Source: Macrostomum lignano
Taxonomy: Eukaryota
Length of the DNA: 64,000 bases
NCBI GenBank assembly: GCA_002269645.1
Contig: NIVC01000281.1
Span: 19,809 to 83,808 of the forward strand
Direction of reading: 5' to 3'
Positions 61,521 through 64,000 of the stretch are shown here, one piece after another; positions within the stretch are counted from its first letter, which is position 1; the number at the start of each line of letters is the position of its first letter. The notes under the pieces were generated by a model. The model was given only the letters and a program-made list of their open reading frames with translations, did not search any database and was not told where the DNA came from. Made by a program: the position numbers and the translations under genes.

Positions 61521-62242
61521 GAAGGCTTGTGACTGAGTCTAAGTCTAATTGCATTATGAAGGCTTGTGGCTGAGTCTAAGTCTAATTGCATTTTGAAGGC
61601 TTGTGGCTGAGTCTAAGTCTAATTGCATTATGAAGGCTTGTGGCTGAGTCTAAGTCTAATTGCATTTTGAAGGCTTGTGGCTGAGTCTAAGTCTAATTGC
61701 ATTTTGAAGGCTTGTGGCTGAGTCTAAGTCTAATTGCATTTTGAAGGCTTGTGGCTGAGTCTAAGTCAAATTGCATTTTGAAGGCTTGTGACTGAGTCTA
61801 AGTCTAATTGCATTATGAATGCTTGTGACTGACTGACTGACTGACTGACTGACTGACTGACTGACTGACTGACTGACTGACTGACTGACTGACTGACTGA
61901 CTGACTGACTGACTGACTGACTGACTGACTGACTGACTGACTGACTGACTGACTGACTGACTGACTGACTGACTGACTGACTGACTGACTGACTGACTGA
62001 CTGACTGACTGACTGACTGACTGACTGACTGACTGACTGACTGACTGACTGACTGACTGACTGACTGACTGACTGACTGACTGACTGACTGACTGACTGA
62101 CTGACTGACTGACTGACTGACTGACTGACTGACTGACTGACTGACTGACTGACTGACTGACTGACTGACTGACTGACTGACTGACTGACTGACTGACTGA
62201 CTGACTGACTGACTGACTGACTGACTGACTGACTGACTGACT
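61521..62242. repeat. 37-bp minisatellite (61521-61828) running into (GACT)n (61825-62242)
   Basis: Unit GAAGGCTTGTGGCTGAGTCTAAGTCTAATTGCATT(A/T)T; the GACT run starts inside the last unit. Confidence 0.95.
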
Positions 62243-63525
62243 AAATCTACAATTGTGAATCTACAATTTTATAATAATCAAGATAGTGGTTTATCTCTAT
62301 AGTATTATTTTTCAAGAAATTTTGACTTTATCACTAATTCATACATCGTTCTTGCACCAGTACTGTACAGTCCATGCAGTCCAACAATTCGCTTCACAAG
62401 CAGTCGTTAACCGCCTTAATAACCTGTCTAATTAACCTAGAACTTTATCCCAGCTTGTTAAGACTTGAACGTGATGCTGTGAAGAGAGAGAGGCTTGTGG
62501 AGCGAAAAGGAGGGAAAGCTCTGCACACCGCTCTTCAGTTCCTTGCTTCCTTATTTGTGCAAGGGAGAGCAGTGGAGAGAAACGGGATTGAGAGGACTTT
62601 CTCGCCCTGAGCTCGAAGGGGGTTTAGGGCGGGTTTTGAAGGCAGGGGCGGTACAAGTCAAACAGGCTTTTCATTCCGTCCTTTCTCAACAACACACAGC
62701 AACTTCTGAACTCGTTTTTAAAGCTTATTCCATCTTTTTTCGTAAAAATAAAGAATTAAGCTCTAGAGAATACCGATGTCAGTGTGCGGAATCAGAGAGG
62801 GCGGAGTCCAGTCTGTGGGTCAGTAGGGTTGAAGTGGGTCAGTAAAGTTGAAGTGGGTCAGTAGTGTTGAAGTGGGTCAGTAGTGTCCATGTGGGTCAGT
62901 AGTGTCCATGTGGTGCCGAAGTGAAAAGTGCCGAAACGGGAGGCGGAGGACGCCTTAAGAGAATAATGTGTGGGCCATAGGCATAAATAATAGATCTGTG
63001 ATGGATCTAGAGAATAAAACTTTCTCTGTCAAAGTGACGCGATGAACTGAGGGTCAAAGGCACTAAAGTGCAGCCTGGCCATCATGAGCCGTTGCCAGCA
63101 GATCAGTGCAATTCGAGTTGCAGTTCCGGCAAAAATTGATCAATTTCATTTCTATAGATAGCAGATGCGGGCCTCTGCACTTCTTTCTTGTAATTCTGGG
63201 TCTAAACAAACTCGTGAGCTAATCTCCAACGACACATTAAAGAAAGCCGGTTCGATGCGTGGGCGGCTGCAGACTCTTGGCTGACATGGTGAACAAATGT
63301 GAGCAAGAAGAGATTGAATACCGAATTTCTGTACAAGAATGAGGATTCGATGAAATGTGGACAGTCTAATGAGAATGTTGTTGGAAATGGTTTTTCTTAA
63401 AAGCTTTCTCAACTGCAGTTTCGTTATAGGCAGCCATATATGATGGATTAAGAAATTAATATAAGGTACTCGTATTAATGAGACTTTAAAGCTTCAGAAT
63501 TGTAATATTATTACCATGGGTGTCT

Positions 63526-63698
63526 CCATGCTTGGGTGCAACCTTGGGATTCACTCGGCCGTTTCTATTGGCAACACACACATGTGTGTCGCTATTGGAC
63601 AGAATAGTAGTCACGTGACTGCTCTCAGCCAATAGCGACTTACATGTGTGTGTTGCCAATAGAAACGGCCGGGTGATTCCCAAGGTAGCGCATGTATG
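63526..63698. mobile_element. Foldback/MITE-like hairpin element, copy 2
   Basis: Reverse-orientation homolog of 45765-45914 with a longer loop; direct repeat ATGGGTGTCTCC at 63516-63527 and 63696-63707. Confidence 0.7.
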
Positions 63699-63717
63699 GG
63701 TGTCTCCCTGAATAGAA

Positions 63718-64000
63718 GGTAGCAGGGTGTCATCGGGAGTAGCAAGGTGTCATCGGGGATAGCAGGGTGTCATCAGGTAGCAGCGGTGTCATCAGGGGTA
63801 GCAGGGTGTCATCGGGGATAGCAGGGTGTCATCAGGGTAACAGGGTGTCATCGGGATAGCAAGGTGTCATCAGGGGGTAGCAGGGTGTCATCAAGGTAGC
63901 AGGGTGTTATCGGGGGTGCCGGAACAGGGTGTCATTGGGCAGCAGGTTGCCATCGGTGGGCAGCAGGGTGTCATCAGGGGTAGCAGGCGTGTCATCGGGG
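63718..64000. repeat. Degenerate ~19-20-bp minisatellite (AGCAGGGTGTCATCGGGGT), truncated by the window end
   Basis: Directly visible. Confidence 0.85.

Overview
Eukaryotic, intron-containing animal DNA, very rich in tandem repeats. The GC-rich exons and minisatellite-filled introns suggest an invertebrate, possibly a free-living flatworm such as Macrostomum; this is inference and was not checked. Main contents: (1) A large inverted duplication (arms ~7.1-14.0 kb and ~20.0-33.8 kb) carrying two divergent copies of a six-exon class-V PLP enzyme (Egt2/isopenicillin-N-epimerase/cysteine-desulfhydrase-like). The left copy has an early nonsense codon and a solo LTR in an intron. (2) Between the arms, a five-exon PCIF1/CAPAM-like N6-adenosine methyltransferase with no WW domain. 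(3) A young full-length Gypsy LTR retrotransposon (25277-33431; 401-bp LTRs, TGCT TSD, tRNA-Gln PBS) whose polyprotein carries a cold-shock-like domain between the Gag zinc knuckle and the protease. (4) SH3BGRL, whose first intron holds a second Gypsy element that is internally deleted and CpG-decayed. (5) An SDHD exon that begins at a splice acceptor with no in-frame ATG directly ahead of it, a candidate for a spliced-leader AUG start or an operon. (6) A nearly intronless DCDC1-like gene with two 1-nt frameshifts. (7) Two tRNA-derived SINE families (one CORE-like), small MITEs, a LINE fragment and many mini- and microsatellites. All calls are by-eye motif recognition and exon-phase arithmetic; no database searches were run.
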